Shown here: one piece after another, positions 1 to 14,093 of the stretch
Layout of the letters: each line of letters opens with the position of its first letter
How positions within the stretch are numbered: the first letter of the stretch is position 1
Source: Geosiphon pyriformis uo1
Lineage: Eukaryota; Fungi; Glomeromycota
Assembly (NCBI GenBank): GCA_016748015.1
Contig: JAAOMT010000135.1
Coordinates: 1,053,085-1,117,084 of the forward strand
Direction: 5' to 3'
DNA length: 64,000 nt
Translations under genes and position numbers: made by a program
Notes under the pieces: model-generated
Seen by the model: the letters and a program-made list of their open reading frames with translations, nothing else
Databases searched by the model: none
Told to the model about the DNA's origin: nothing

Positions 1-62
1 ATTCTTGCATCATTTTATGGGTTCCCCAATATGAAAATGTCAATATTATTGATTCTGAAACG

Positions 63-165
63 TAACGAAACGAAACGAAACGAAACGAAACGAAACGAAA
101 CGAAACGAACCGAAACTAAACTCAACTAAACTAAACTAAATCAAACTAAACTAAATTAAATTAAA
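63..165. repeat. Pentanucleotide microsatellite (GAAAC)n grading into (TAAAC)n/(TAAAT)n
   Basis: Direct reading of the sequence. Confidence 0.85.
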
Positions 166-895
166 TTTTATTTTTTTTTATTTTTTTGGTAACGATATAC
201 TCTGATTGGGGGATTATGAATTTCATCAAAATTTTTTTTTGAACCTCATGATCTTGTTAATTAAAATATTTATATATTAATGGCATGACCGAATCTTTTA
301 ATTCCTTTATTATATACGTAATTTAATAAAAAAATTATTGTTGTTTCATTTATAAATTTACTGATTCACCACTGCATCAGACATTAGCAATCACATCTTT
401 TCCCCGAGTATCTTTGATCGTGATCTTAGTCATATTGTCTGATATATAAATTTTGAATGTTATCTTGTTCAAAAAAAAAAAAATACAACCTTACTAACAC
501 TTATTTGACTGACTCAAAGATCCCATTTGCAGCTCAGAAATACCCCAATTCATTCATGATATCTTCGTCATCTACTTTTTAATGTGACGTCAATAGTTTG
601 TCAAACAATCTGCGGAGGTAGACTAATTTTTTTCATTGACACAAAAAAGATGTGAGCAATAGAAACTTTGGGTATAGTTTCACCCTTCATTTTGTTAAAA
701 TATATAAAGACTTTGGTAAAAGGTCCAGACTACTTGACATAAGAAGAGAATCCCAACCATGCCTTTTTAACTATAAAATTTTTTTAAAGTTTGAAAAAAT
801 TTTTCTAAATCAAAATTTCTTTGTGAACTTTTCTTGTGACTTTTTTTCATTCATACGATTAACACGTTAACAACAACAACAACAACAACAACAAC

Positions 896-966
<71 letters not shown>

Positions 967-1399
967 CATAATCAAATATATAGCTTAACGATTCAAGTCT
1001 CTTTCAAGTAAATCTTTTTAGAAATTTAAAATCTAAAATGGTAAAGTTATCGAAAATTCTTTTTTTTTAAATCAACCTGAAAAAGTAAGGATAAAGGTAA
1101 AAGGTAAAATGTAAAATGTAAAAAAAATTAACAAAAACNNNNNNNNNNNNNNNNNNNNNNNNNNNNNNNNNNNAACCGTCCAAATAAAAACAAATGATGG
1201 AAGATTTTTGGCCAATGATTTTAAAATTGACAGATGATAACATGTTCATCCAATACAAATAGACAGAAGAAATAAAAAAAATTTTTATTTTAACCTAAAT
1301 TCGGATTTTCAATAATTGATTGCATCATATTATCATCAAGGAATATGTCATAACACTTATAATAGCAAATAACGTTTAACAGATTAAAATCTAGACGCG

Positions 1400-1435
<36 letters not shown>

Positions 1436-2093
1436 CATCTCAATAGTTTAATTAACTTGGTTTCCTTTCGTTCTTTTTCGTTTCCATTGCAAATGTGTAA
1501 ACTGATGGCTTGAAAGTTGATGGTACAGATTAAAAGGAAAAGTTTCAGGTTTGTCTTTTTGAAACCTTTCCGTTCTATCTTTTTTTTCTTCTTGTTGCTG
1601 TTGTTATTGTTGTTATTGTTGTTGTTGTTCTTCTTCTTCTTCTTCTTCTTCTTCTTCTGTCGTATTTTTATTTTGTTTATACATACTTTTTCCATTCACA
1701 CTTTTTTCATTATATTTGTTTTTGTCACGCGCGACAGACGAAGAAGAAAAGGCACATATTCAAGCTCGTTATCCATAAATAATTTTTTCGTCCCAAAAAC
1801 ACATTATCAACAATTTTCAAAAATCTAGACCTTTTTGATTATATTTGTCCAAAGAAAATTAAACACTCCACGAAAAATCTAATTTTTGATATCTTTATAA
1901 AATAAATAGAGTATATTAATATTTTAATTTTAATTTTAATTTTTTAATAAAAATAATCTAAAAATTTATGTTTGGGTAAGAAAAAATTTGCTGTATAATT
2001 CTTTTTATTTATTTGCTGAAATGTCCTATATATATATATAAATATATATTTAAAAAATATTATCTGAAAGAAATATGAATAACTTTCAAAATA

Positions 2094-2127
<34 letters not shown>

Positions 2128-2517
2128 TGATTTAAACCTTTCAAATATTATTACATAATCGTTAAATACAATAAATTTTTTTTTCTTGTAAATATAATTA
2201 AAAACAAAATTTGTTACAGAAATAATATTTTGCTGTGAAAAATAAATTTCAGATTATTTGGATTATTTTAAAATAACTTGTATTCATATATAAAATAAAT
2301 AATCATTTAATTTAATTTAATTTAATTTATAAAATATTTTTAATATTATTTAAAAATATAATAATATGTAATAAAAAAAAAATTTTAAATTTTAAATTTT
2401 AAATTTTTATAGATATTAATTTTGTTTTTATTTTATATTTTTTTGTTAAACAAATGTTTATATAATAAAAAAAATTATAATCAACCATTTATTATTATTA
2501 TTATTATTATTATCAAC

Positions 2518-2577
<60 letters not shown>

Positions 2578-2581
2578 TATG

Positions 2582-2613
<32 letters not shown>

Positions 2614-2924
2614 CAACTTATGGTTATTATTATTATTATTATTTTACCATTTAAAAATAAATCACATTTATTTTATAGAATCACAAGTTTAAAAAAAAAA
2701 TTTATGCTTGATAGACTTGGAATGAGTCAGTTTTTTAAAGGAAAACCTGTTTTTGGCTATTCAACCATTCAATCATTCGACTTTTCGATATATTTTAACC
2801 ATAATAATAACCATAATAACAATAACCATAATAACCATAATAACAATAACCATAATAACCATAATAACCATAAACATAAACATAAACATTACCATAAATA
2901 TAAACATAAACATAATAATAGTTT

Positions 2925-2966
<42 letters not shown>

Positions 2967-4225
2967 TTTAATAATATTATTAAAAGGTAACGCATTTCTC
3001 ACGCAAGGTAATTTTCATTACGTTTAATGTAACGCGCGCATAAATCTCATTTTAATTTTGAGTACTAATGTTCATTAAAAATATCGGTAAAATTACTAAA
3101 GAAAAAAAAAAAAAAAAAAAAGTGTTTCTCTAAACTCCTATTAAGGAAGAGTACAAATCTTTTTCCTTTTTACACACAATAGAGAATTAATTGATTTGTT
3201 CGTAAGACTCTAGATGCACGAGGATTTTGCCCAATCTAAAAAAAAACAATAAAAAAATGTGGGGTAACCGACTTGGGTTAAATATTTCCCCGTTATGCTT
3301 TATCAAAATTTTTCAATTGCTTCATTTTACGATTCATCTACTACGTTCAAAGTACAAATTTGTTTAGGATTTGCATTCAACATCCCAATTTAAAACAAAC
3401 ACGAATACGCGTCAAATTAAAAAGTATTGATCATTTTCAATATTCAGAAAACAAAAAAAAGATAAAAAATTTTCAAATATCGTAATATTTGGTTGAAAAA
3501 TATACAAAAAGTTATCCAAGATTATATTTATATGTTTTATATGTATTTGTGGTACACAATGCTACTAGCTTGATTGTTTTTCTAATCTCTCTACTTTTGT
3601 ACACTAACTGCCTGCCTGCCTGCCTGCCTGCCTGCCATCCAAACACACATCCCCCTAATCTTTGTTCTTTAAAGGTACTCAAATCTCCCGCATATCCAAA
3701 ATCTGAAACCCAATTCCCAAAACTCAAATCCTACGATATCTGTTCACATTCACAAATCGAATACAAACTAATCCCAAGGAAAACCATGAAAGGAGCAAAA
3801 AAGGTGAAAAGAATTTATTATACTACAAAAGGGTGGTGTAAATTGTGTGTGTGTATATATATAATTTATAATTTAATAACCCGTGTATTGAAAAACCCGC
3901 GCTCAAGCCCATCGAATTTATTTAGAATATTTAAAATTATTTATATGTATAGTTATAGATAGAAAATATTTTCAAGTTATGATGTGTGTGTACGTTGGCA
4001 GATTTTGGGAGAGTCACGCATAAAAATTCTGGAATGTGTTTGTGTACCAAGACCAAATTAACCCCCTTCCCACCCACTCCACTCAACCCCACCCCACCCC
4101 ACCCCCAAATGTGTATACGTTCAGGTTATTCGCTAAAAAAAATTACAATCTACTGAGCTTGAGAAAAATATTTACTTTTGAGACATTTTATATACTAAAA
4201 AACAGTGATTATTATTGTGTATATA

Positions 4226-4439
4226 TTAACACAATAATGAATTAACGCTCACACGTGTGGTTGATTCGTCATTAGGATCAACAATCTCAGAAAAGTCATC
4301 AACAATCGTTCGACCCGATTCAGAGCCCGCCGTCGTTGGTGTTAAATTAATGGTAGAATCGATATTAATGCTATTAATTTTTTCCTCACGTTTAATTTCT
4401 CCAAGGAAAATGGGATCATAGGTTGGAGATGGGGGAGGT

Positions 4440-4470
<31 letters not shown>

Positions 4471-4500
4471 AGTTATTGTTAATATTGTTATTGCTACTGC

Positions 4501-4539
<39 letters not shown>

Positions 4540-7280
4540 TACTATTATTATTATTATTATTGTTATTATTGATCTGATGGCGACGGTGACGATGATGATT
4601 ATGATTTGTATTATATGGAAAAGTATTCGGGTTCGAGTTTCGATTACCGGTGTGGTGATGTCGATGAACTCGATCCGACGAAGAAGAGTGATTTTGTTTA
4701 TAGGGTAGACCGGTTGGAGTTGAAGGAACGGAATCGGTAGATTTATAGACAGTTAATGAAGGGTCAATACTGATGGTGGGTGGTGGTGGTTGTAGTGGTG
4801 GGATAGGAACGAATGCGGATGCGATTCGTTTCTCCGAACTCAAAGTATTTAATGGTGAAGGAACATGAGCCCGAGAAAGAATGGGTGTATGATCAACTGA
4901 CGTTGGAGTTTGTGGTTGATAATGATCATGATCGTTATAGCGTGATGTTGTTGTTGTCTGTGGGAAATTTTCCGGGGGATAAAAAGATGAAAATCGATGA
5001 TCTGGATGGTATTGTCGACTCAACAAGGAGCTGTTACCACTTATCCCGCTATTATATCCACCACGTAATGACGGATCAATTGCGGGTGATAGTAAAGGTG
5101 GACTTAAAAGATCACCAGTCATTGGATTTATGGAACTGGAAAAAGTGGTTGCAGTTCCATTATTGTGATTCCGTGAGAGTGATGAATTTGATAAATTTCC
5201 AGAGGTCATTGTATTATTCGAAGTTCCATTGGGATTTTTCATTCTCGTGAAGAGTGCTACCACGTATAAATTATCCCAAGTTTCTTTTCTTGTCAAATCA
5301 CCACCTAATCCACCTCCAAGATACATTCGTACGTTATAAAGATCATATTGACCGTTTCGCTGACGTAAACTGAGCGAGTCGGAAGCTTCAATGAGACCAT
5401 TGCTTGAACTTAGTGCGGCATGCATTAAAAAATCTGGTGCAATATTATAAAATCTTGGATCATGTGTCGATAATCGTTGTGGATGAGCCGAGGTGAAGGA
5501 AAGGTAATTTTGTTGTGATTGTTGATTATGGTGGTGATGATGATGATGATAATTTTGTGCACTATCCAACAATGAAAAGACCAATTTCTTTAATCTATCA
5601 GACTCTTGTGGTAAAACGTAATCGAATAACGATTTGTGGGCGAGTTCATTTGGGTAGTAACCCATTATTCCCAGACACTCATCTGAAGCTCGGGCACAAT
5701 AAACACCGTCAGTTGTTAAAAACATTGTAATTACTGAAGAGTTTTCGGGTGGTGATATTGTTTGTTGTTGTTGTTGTTGGTGGTGGTGGGGATTTTGATG
5801 ATGACCATGATTATTTTGTTGTTGTTGTTGTTGTTGTTGGTGATGTAACGATGCAGGAGGATAAGGAGAGGTATTTGACGGTAAGGGTGTATGCACAAAT
5901 TTCGGCGATCGAAGATAAGGTGATAGTTGTGGAGATGGATGATTGTGATATGAACGATCATGAATGGGAGCATTATGATGATGATTGTTAGCGAGATGCA
6001 TTGGTTGCAAGGGTGGTGACATGAAGGGTGAATATGTCGCGCGATGTGAAGATGAAGATTGTTGTGTTTGTGATAAAGACTCCCTTGAGGAAGTGTTTGG
6101 TGGTAAGAAATGATGAATTTGTTGATTTTGTTGGGTCCATGTTCTAGCATCAGCAGTAGCGTGAGTGCTATAAGGATGAGTTTTCTTATCCTTTAACTTT
6201 GGGCGACCACGTTTCTTATGTTTAATGTCGATACAGGTGTCAACTTTCCCGAGAGCGACACACCTTTTACATGGTCTTGAGACTAAGTTTTGAGAGAAAG
6301 AGAGAGGGGGAGGGGGAGAGGGGGAGAGGGAGAGAGGGAGAGAGGGATAGAAAAAAAAAAAAGGTAAAGATTAGTAAAAGTTGAGGTTAAAAAAATTATA
6401 TAGTAAATTGTTGATTTAATAAGTGTACTAAAAATGGGGAAAAGAATTAGACTCGCATGATCGGAAAATAATAATTATGAGATCACAAGGTAAAATTCGG
6501 GGAAAAAAATTAAAAAAAAATAAAAAGTATCGGAAAAATAAAAATATTCCGAGTATAAAAATTTCCCGAACAAGTCTTTACTTTTGTGGTGGGTAAATAA
6601 TGTATGTGGTGTGGCGTTGATGGTAAGGTTTTAATTTTAGCAAAATATGCCGCAAAAAATGGCCCGAAAAGGTTTTGTACATGAATAAGAAAAAATTGAA
6701 ACTGGTAAACAATAAGCAAGGAATAGGGATGGTGTATGAGAAAAGGATAAATGTATTGTATGTGGGAACATGAACCATGAACCATGAACCATGAACCATA
6801 AATTGTGCATGATCTCGGTTCATGAATCGCGAAATATAAATGATAATAATACACAAGAAATTTCCAAATAGAATGAAGGAAAATTAAAAAAAAAAAAAAA
6901 AAACAAGAAATTTAAGACATACCATCACAGGCTAAATGTGCTCGTTTACAATTAACACAAGCGCTCGGTACATGAGTTTTATTGGTACGTTTCATTGAGT
7001 TTGGATGACCACCCATACCATCAATATCACCACTAACAGTAGAGTCGCTGGGTTTCGGTGAACTTTCCGTAGTAGGAATCTGTTTTGCGTGTTGGCCTAA
7101 ATAATTTGGATATGATAATGATGATGATGATGATGTTGATGAAGATGATGAGTGATGATCACTATAATGATATTGTGAAGTGGTAGTAATAGTAGTAGGT
7201 GTTGGAGAGGGGGCATGACTCGAAGAGTCTGATAAAGAGTATAAAGATAAAGAAAGGGAAGGTGGATCGGCTGTACTCAT
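4226..7280 (-). CDS. Zn(II)2Cys6 binuclear-cluster transcription factor with PAS domain (AcuK/AcuM/Ert1/Rds2-like architecture); two exons 7280-6923 and 6282-4226, 804 aa
   Basis: Exon 1 ends ...CVNCKRAHLACD-G|GTATGT. Exon 2 starts after a pyrimidine tract and CTTAG|TC. Splicing in phase 1 gives a complete CVNCKRAHLACDVSRPCKRCVALGKVDTC (C-x2-C-x6-C-x5-C-x2-C-x8-C) cluster, then KKRGRPK, in frame with the 4226-6022 ORF. That ORF has a PAS-like segment (MFLTTDGVYCARASDECLGIMGYYPNELAHKSLFDYVLPQES) and His/Gln/Asn tracts. Confidence 0.92.
6283..6922 (-). other. Spliceosomal intron (640 bp, phase 1) splitting the Zn2Cys6 domain
   Basis: GTATGT donor at 6922-6917, CT-rich tract at about 6296-6350, TAG acceptor ending at 6283; removal restores the Cys6 motif. 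Confidence 0.9.
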
Positions 7281-7509
7281 TTTGAATATTTTTGGGTGGG
7301 TGGGTGGGTGGGTGGGTGAGAGTAAAGGTTAGGGTTTGAAGTTGGGGTTGGTAAGTGTGAAGGGTTCCTTTTTGCGAAATGAATTGAGGAAAATGGGAAC
7401 TCTGTTTATGGGAAGAAGAGTAAAGAAAAAGGTTTTTTTTGAGTTCTTGGAATCAACTGTTTTTTTTCTTCTTGGTATAGTTCAAAAGTTTTCAAAACGT
7501 TTTTTTTTG

Positions 7510-7561
7510 CTAATGGGTTATTGAAAAAAAAAAAAAATTAAAAAGCACAATTTGACATTAC
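7510..7561 (-). other. Possible 52-bp 5'-UTR intron of the TF gene
   Basis: Minus strand reads AAAAG|GTAATG...poly-T...CCCATTAG|; motif evidence only, no transcript support. Confidence 0.3.
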
Positions 7562-7675
7562 CTTTTTCTCTACGTTAAAAAAGACGTAGTAATAATGATA
7601 AACCGAAAAAAGTATTGATAGTAGTATATACTGGGGAGAAGTATACTTCTCTCTTATAACAGTGGTAGTGTGTGC

Positions 7676-7714
<39 letters not shown>

Positions 7715-8325
7715 CCAAAACTTTTTGAAAACTTTTTTTTTTCTTCTAAAAGAGCTTTCAGCTCCACGAAGTTTATATACAATCAGAGTGTTTAGAAAGA
7801 ATTGAAGGTAGAGAGAGTAGATAGTTAATACCGGAAACGTGCGTTGTGTGTCAATGTGTTTGTATTTTGGTTTGTGTATAGGTGTACAAGAACTTTCTTT
7901 GAAACACTTCGACTTTACAACTATTTCACCGGTATCCCGAACACAGAAAAAATATATATACTAATAATTAAAACAGATCTTATAAAAAAAAAATCGACGA
8001 AAAAATAGTGATATCCGTGTGGGAGTATTATTATTATTATTATTATTATTATGATTATGATTATGATTATGATTATTAGTATCAATATTTTTATTTTTAT
8101 TATTGGTTCTCATTATATATTAAAAAATCTAATAGAAAATATGACCATTATACTGTATATGTCAAGAAAAAAAAAAGGGGGAGGAGGAGGAAAAGAAAAA
8201 AAGGAAAATCTCAGAACAAGTCAGTTGGGAAGATTTTTTACTTTTTTAACAATATAGTAGAACAGAAATTGAAGAAACAACTGTTGTTGCTGTTGTTGTT
8301 TTCGTTGTTGCTGCTGCTGCTGTTG

Positions 8326-8381
<56 letters not shown>

Positions 8382-9702
8382 TTCATTATTATCGTCGTCG
8401 TCGTCGTCGTCTTGGGTCGTTTAGGTGAAAGTTCTTGTGTTTCTTCTTGTGTAGGACAGTTTTAAACCATTAAACAAGCAAGTTTTTTTTTTGTGTGAGA
8501 AAAATATTCCGATGATGATGCTTGTTGATTTTTTGTGGGAAATTATGGATTTATTTTTTATTTTTATTTTTTGACAATGTCGATTCTGTCAAAAAAGTAA
8601 AAAGAGGTATAATTTATAACATAGAGTAAAAAAGATAATATAAATACAAAAAATGCATAATGAGGAAATACAAATATGAAATAATATAAATATGAAAATA
8701 ATATAAATATGAAATAATATAAATATGAAAATAATAATAATAATAAAATACTTTGAAAATTTATAATTATTTAAATTAAAAGATTTTATTTATTTATCGA
8801 GTGTAAATATTTGTTTAAATATATATATTTTTAATATCAATTAATCAATTAATCAATCAATCAATCAATCATTCATTCATTCATTACGAAAAAAAAAATA
8901 CTTCATTATCAAAATTTTGTTAGTAAATATTGGAAAATAAAATAAATTAACAAGTATTTAAAATTAATAATAATCCGGGTGAAAAACATCATCATTACTA
9001 TTACTATTAATATTAAAATAAAATCACGTGAATTAAAAATCCGTTTTTATCGATGATATCCTTTGCTGATGATTTCGAAGATCCGACGATTTTCTAAATT
9101 TCCCATTTCCAGTTTAAGTTCAAGAAAAGGTTTTGGCATGCAAAAAAAAAAAGTTACAGGTAAATTGGGTTTTTCCCATTAAAAAAAAAAAAAAAAGTTC
9201 CATACAATTATTCAGGTAACAATAACAGTAATAATAATAATAATAATAATAATACTAGTTTTATTAGGTATATCAATTGAATTAGCCCTATGAATTTATG
9301 CCAAGAATAATGTCCGTATCGAATATGATTTTATGTTATTCAATGGTCAATAGAAGAATCAAGCCTATCCTATCATATCCTATCAAATGATTGACTCGGT
9401 GAATATCCATGTAGGTTTCGGAAGTTCTCTCATCGAACCTCCATGCGTGTGTATGTATGTATGTATGTATGTATGTATGTGTGACTGAATTTATAGGAAA
9501 AGTTTGAATATTGAATCAACTTTACAGCGTGCTACAATGTGTTGATTGTTGATCCAACAGTAATATTTATCACTAATCAAAAATCGAATTTCCCTACGCG
9601 TTTTAGTGGTGATCTGACATATCAAGTTATCTATATTAATAAACGCGTGAAAAAGTTAAAAAAAAATCAAATGAAATATTTTTCAATTTCTTTTGTAACC
9701 CA

Positions 9703-9737
<35 letters not shown>

Positions 9738-10373
9738 TACACACACGTATATATATATATATATATATAGATACAAACACATATATATAATACGTATTTT
9801 ATAAATTGTTACCCATGTACATCACCACATCACCATGACTGACAGACATATCATCTCAACCATCTTTTTTTTCTTTGACCTTCATCAAACTTTTTAATCC
9901 GGAAAATATTCGGGAGAGGGTATGGGTATGGGCTCAATGATTAAAATTAATTAAGTTTTTGATTGAAAATTTTAATCATGAGATAGATGATATGAGAGAC
10001 AAAGAGAAGAGATTTACAACAGAATAGCCTGAAAATGAGACACTAATCATTATGATAAAGAAGAGATTTACAAATGTAATGAAAAATTGAGTAGTAGATC
10101 TCCCCGGATGAGGAACCCGAGAAAAAGGGAGAGGGGAAAGAATTTTATATATATTACTTTTTCTTTTCTTCAAAAGAGATAGGCAAATAATAATAATAAT
10201 TAGTAGGAAGAACAGGAGAAAGAGAGAATTGTTTCTGAATTTGGGTAGCGTATTCTTTTTGCGTTGATCAATTTTTATTAAATATTACCAGTTTTTATAA
10301 AGTTTTTTTAAATTATGATTTTCTTTTAACAATAACCACCTATCAATCTTAAAAAAGATCACTATAATTGTTA

Positions 10374-10429
<56 letters not shown>

Positions 10430-10607
10430 GATTTACGAAATATCTGATCAATTTTCATTATAAACAGAGAATAAAATAGAACAAGACTAGATGTCAATAT
10501 TTTTCTTTGTACCCCAACAAAATAACCCGATGGAAACTCATTCAATTCATTGGATATGAAAAAAATTTTATCATTGAAACCGAATAAGGTAAATAGAATT
10601 TGTCATC

Positions 10608-10683
<76 letters not shown>

Positions 10684-11041
10684 TTGTTTATGGTTGTTGT
10701 TTATGGTTGTTGTCGTTACTGTTGTCGTCGTTGTTGTTTGATTCTTTTGGTTAAAATAAGTTATATGTTGATTTTTTGGTTAAAATAAGTTATATGTTGA
10801 TTTTTTGGTTAAAATAGGTTATATTTTGATTTTTGATATAAAAAAAAACAACCTGTTAAAAAAAAAATGTATTTATCGAAAAATATTAATAATAATAATA
10901 ATAATGAAGAAAAAAAATGTTATTGATTTAATAAGATAAAGATAAAGATAAAGTGTTATTGTTGTTGAGAATTGTGATACACGGATAAATCTGATGACCA
11001 TGGTAGATTTATAAATTTAGAAAAAATCAACCATACAGTAT

Positions 11042-11072
<31 letters not shown>

Positions 11073-11957
11073 CGAATGTATTTGTGTTTGTGTTTTGCGT
11101 TTTGTGTTTTGTGTTTGTATTTGTATTTGTATTTGTGTTTTGTGTTTATATTTATGTGTGTATAATTAATTGAAAATTTTTAATTTAAAAAAAATAATAA
11201 TTAAAGTTTAGAAACAACCTCAAATAATTAGGTATTTATTTTTATTTATTTATTTATTTAATGACCGAATACATTGTTAAAAAAAATCTAAATTTTCCTG
11301 ACACAGTATACAGTATATAATATATCTTTTAAACCTTTTATTAATGAAAAAAAATTTTTTTTTGGAGCCATCTAGATACCTAATTTTCTCGGACTGTTTT
11401 TTCCCTTTCTTTTTTCTTTTTCTTGTTTTTCTTGTTTTTCTTACGATTAATATCGAAGATTTGTGATACATAATAATAATGTTAAATACTAATAGTAAAT
11501 ACTAATACTAATACTAATACTATTAGTAGGTTTAATTAAAACAATTGAATTTAGGTTTTTTTTACCATGTTAAAATTTTTCATTTTTAATTTATTTTCAA
11601 TAGATAAATTTATAATTTGAAAAAAATAAAATTTAATTAATTAATTAATTAAACTTGGAACTTTAACCGAACTGAACTTGAACTGAACTGAACTGAACTG
11701 AACTGAACTTGAACTGAACTGCAATCCTCAAAACTTTTTAAAAATCCACGATTATGTAAAAATAAACGGATAATGACAATTTGTAGATCGAATAAATGAA
11801 AATTGGCCCAGCTGATCATCCCTCCCCGTTTTTGACACTATTATACGAAATTCTTCTCGTTTTTGTCTTTAACTCTTTTTCATTCATCTTCGGAAAATAC
11901 TTTCTTCAAAGTAAATGAATCCTTTTAAAATTAACCTCGATTGATCTCATCATCATT

Positions 11958-11997
<40 letters not shown>

Positions 11998-12194
11998 ACA
12001 TCATCATTATCATCATAAGTCAGCTCAAACTAGGTAAAAGATGGAAAAAATTTCATTCATCGTTTAAATGATATATTAAGGTGTTTAATAAAGGAATGAA
12101 AAAACCTTAGTTTCATTGACAAAAAGATTCATGTAGCAATATTAACTCAACCCTCTTGATCGAATCTTCACTCTCGTTGTTGTTCTTGTTCTTG

Positions 12195-12232
<38 letters not shown>

Positions 12233-12445
12233 GTTGTTGTTGTTTTGGATACCATTTATTAAATTTAACCTATTCATTATTTAGTATTTAGAATAAAATA
12301 AAAAAAAGGTACTACCATCAGACTATATACACACACACATCTTATTTCAATTTTTAAACTAATATATAATATTCTTCATTTTACAATACCTTTATCATCT
12401 ATTGTTAAATAGTTTCCAAATAAAGTTCTAGGCTGAGAAATTCCG

Positions 12446-12508
<63 letters not shown>

Positions 12509-12744
12509 ACTTATGTTTCACGAGGTCAAATCATGATCCGTAAAACTTTATTAATGGTCCTATTCGGCGAATTTTTTTTTGCATTCAGGTCCCGGTGAAG
12601 TACAGTTGATGTTGTTGAAGATATCATGAATGAATTTGGGTATTCTCAGCTTTAAATAGGTTTCTAGATCAGTATAATAACCGCTTATTTTTAAGGGAAA
12701 ATTTGAATATAGGAGTCAAATGACGAAGGCACAAAAAATAACAC

Positions 12745-12880
12745 AACAACAACAACAACAACAACAACTAATACGTAACAACAACAACAACAACAACAAC
12801 AATTAATACGTAACAACAACAACAACAACAATTAATACGTAACAACAACAACAACAACAACAACTAATACGTAACAACAA
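12745..12880. repeat. Compound repeat: (AAC)n blocks punctuated four times by TAATACGT
   Basis: TAATACGTAAC recurs four times at about 29-35 bp spacing within AAC runs. Confidence 0.85.
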
Positions 12881-13653
12881 TAACCTCAAAATAAGTCCAG
12901 ATAAATGGAGAAAAAGAGAAAGAATTAATTTTTAATGACCTATTTTTTTCTCCCAAAATATCACGATTTCAAAGTTACCATAAAGTTCTTAAAGGAAAAA
13001 TGATCAGAACATTTCTTTCTTTTATTTACTAACAAATAAAGAGAAATATTTTTTTTTTTTGATGAAATAACTGATAGGAACCTTTTTTTAAAGTTTCATT
13101 TTTGACTCGTTTCAGTATTAAAAATATTCTTATCATGTTATCATATTTTGGGGGGGGGAAAAAAAAAACACTCCGGTTATTTTATCTTTGGAAATCGCAG
13201 AAAACATTGTTGAGTTATGTATATGTGAATTAAAATTAAAATTAAAATAATGAGGTATCGGAAGTTTTCTCGCTGTACAATTTTTAAAAAAAAATTCCTT
13301 TGTTCCTAATTGTTCACAGTTTTTTGACCAGAAAAAAAAAAACAAAAAAAAAGGTCCGATGAAATCAGATCCCACATTACCTCATGTATATAAGGTTAGA
13401 ATATTTTAAAAAAGACTTTTTTCTTGGCAAATTAGAAGATTCTTTAATTCTAATTCTAATTCTAAATTTTAATTTTAATTCTTTTCTAGTATTGTGTCAT
13501 TAAGTTTAAACTCAAAAAAATTCTTTAAAGTTAAGTTTTCAGCTCGGAATATTTTTTTTTTTTTTCGGCATAAAAATAAAACATTTATCATAATAAAAAA
13601 GATCTACCTTACATCATCCGATTCAACATTTTCGTCATCATTTAAAACTATAC

Positions 13654-13684
<31 letters not shown>

Positions 13685-14057
13685 CTCTCCCCTTACATTT
13701 TTTTTTATCCTTATTATTTTAGAAACTTGAATCAATAATTACCATGCATATTTAATCATTCAATAATTACCGTGCATATTTAATCATTCAATTACTCTCC
13801 TCAATTTTTAATAATATTATAGTCTCATACTAATCTCATTCCTTTCTTCTATATAACCTAAATTATATATATATATATATATATTATAACTTGAATGGTT
13901 AATAATAATAAAACTAGAATTGTGAAAGTAAAAAATCGATAAAATGATTAAAAAGAAATTTTCGAGAATTTATCAGTTTATAAAGAATAGATAGATCATC
14001 ATCATCGTCATCATCTTTTTCTTCTCCACACACAAAGAATAAAAGAAAGAATTATGG

Positions 14058-14093
<36 letters not shown>

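Noticed and set aside
2500-2640. ATCAACTTATGGTT motif embedded in (ATT)n, recurring at about 15067
   Set aside because: Too short and low-complexity to support a mobile element or regulatory call.
3489-3962. 157-aa ORF convergent with the TF gene
   Set aside because: TTG start, includes a (CTGC)n repeat and has no recognisable domain; more likely TF 3' UTR or intergenic DNA.
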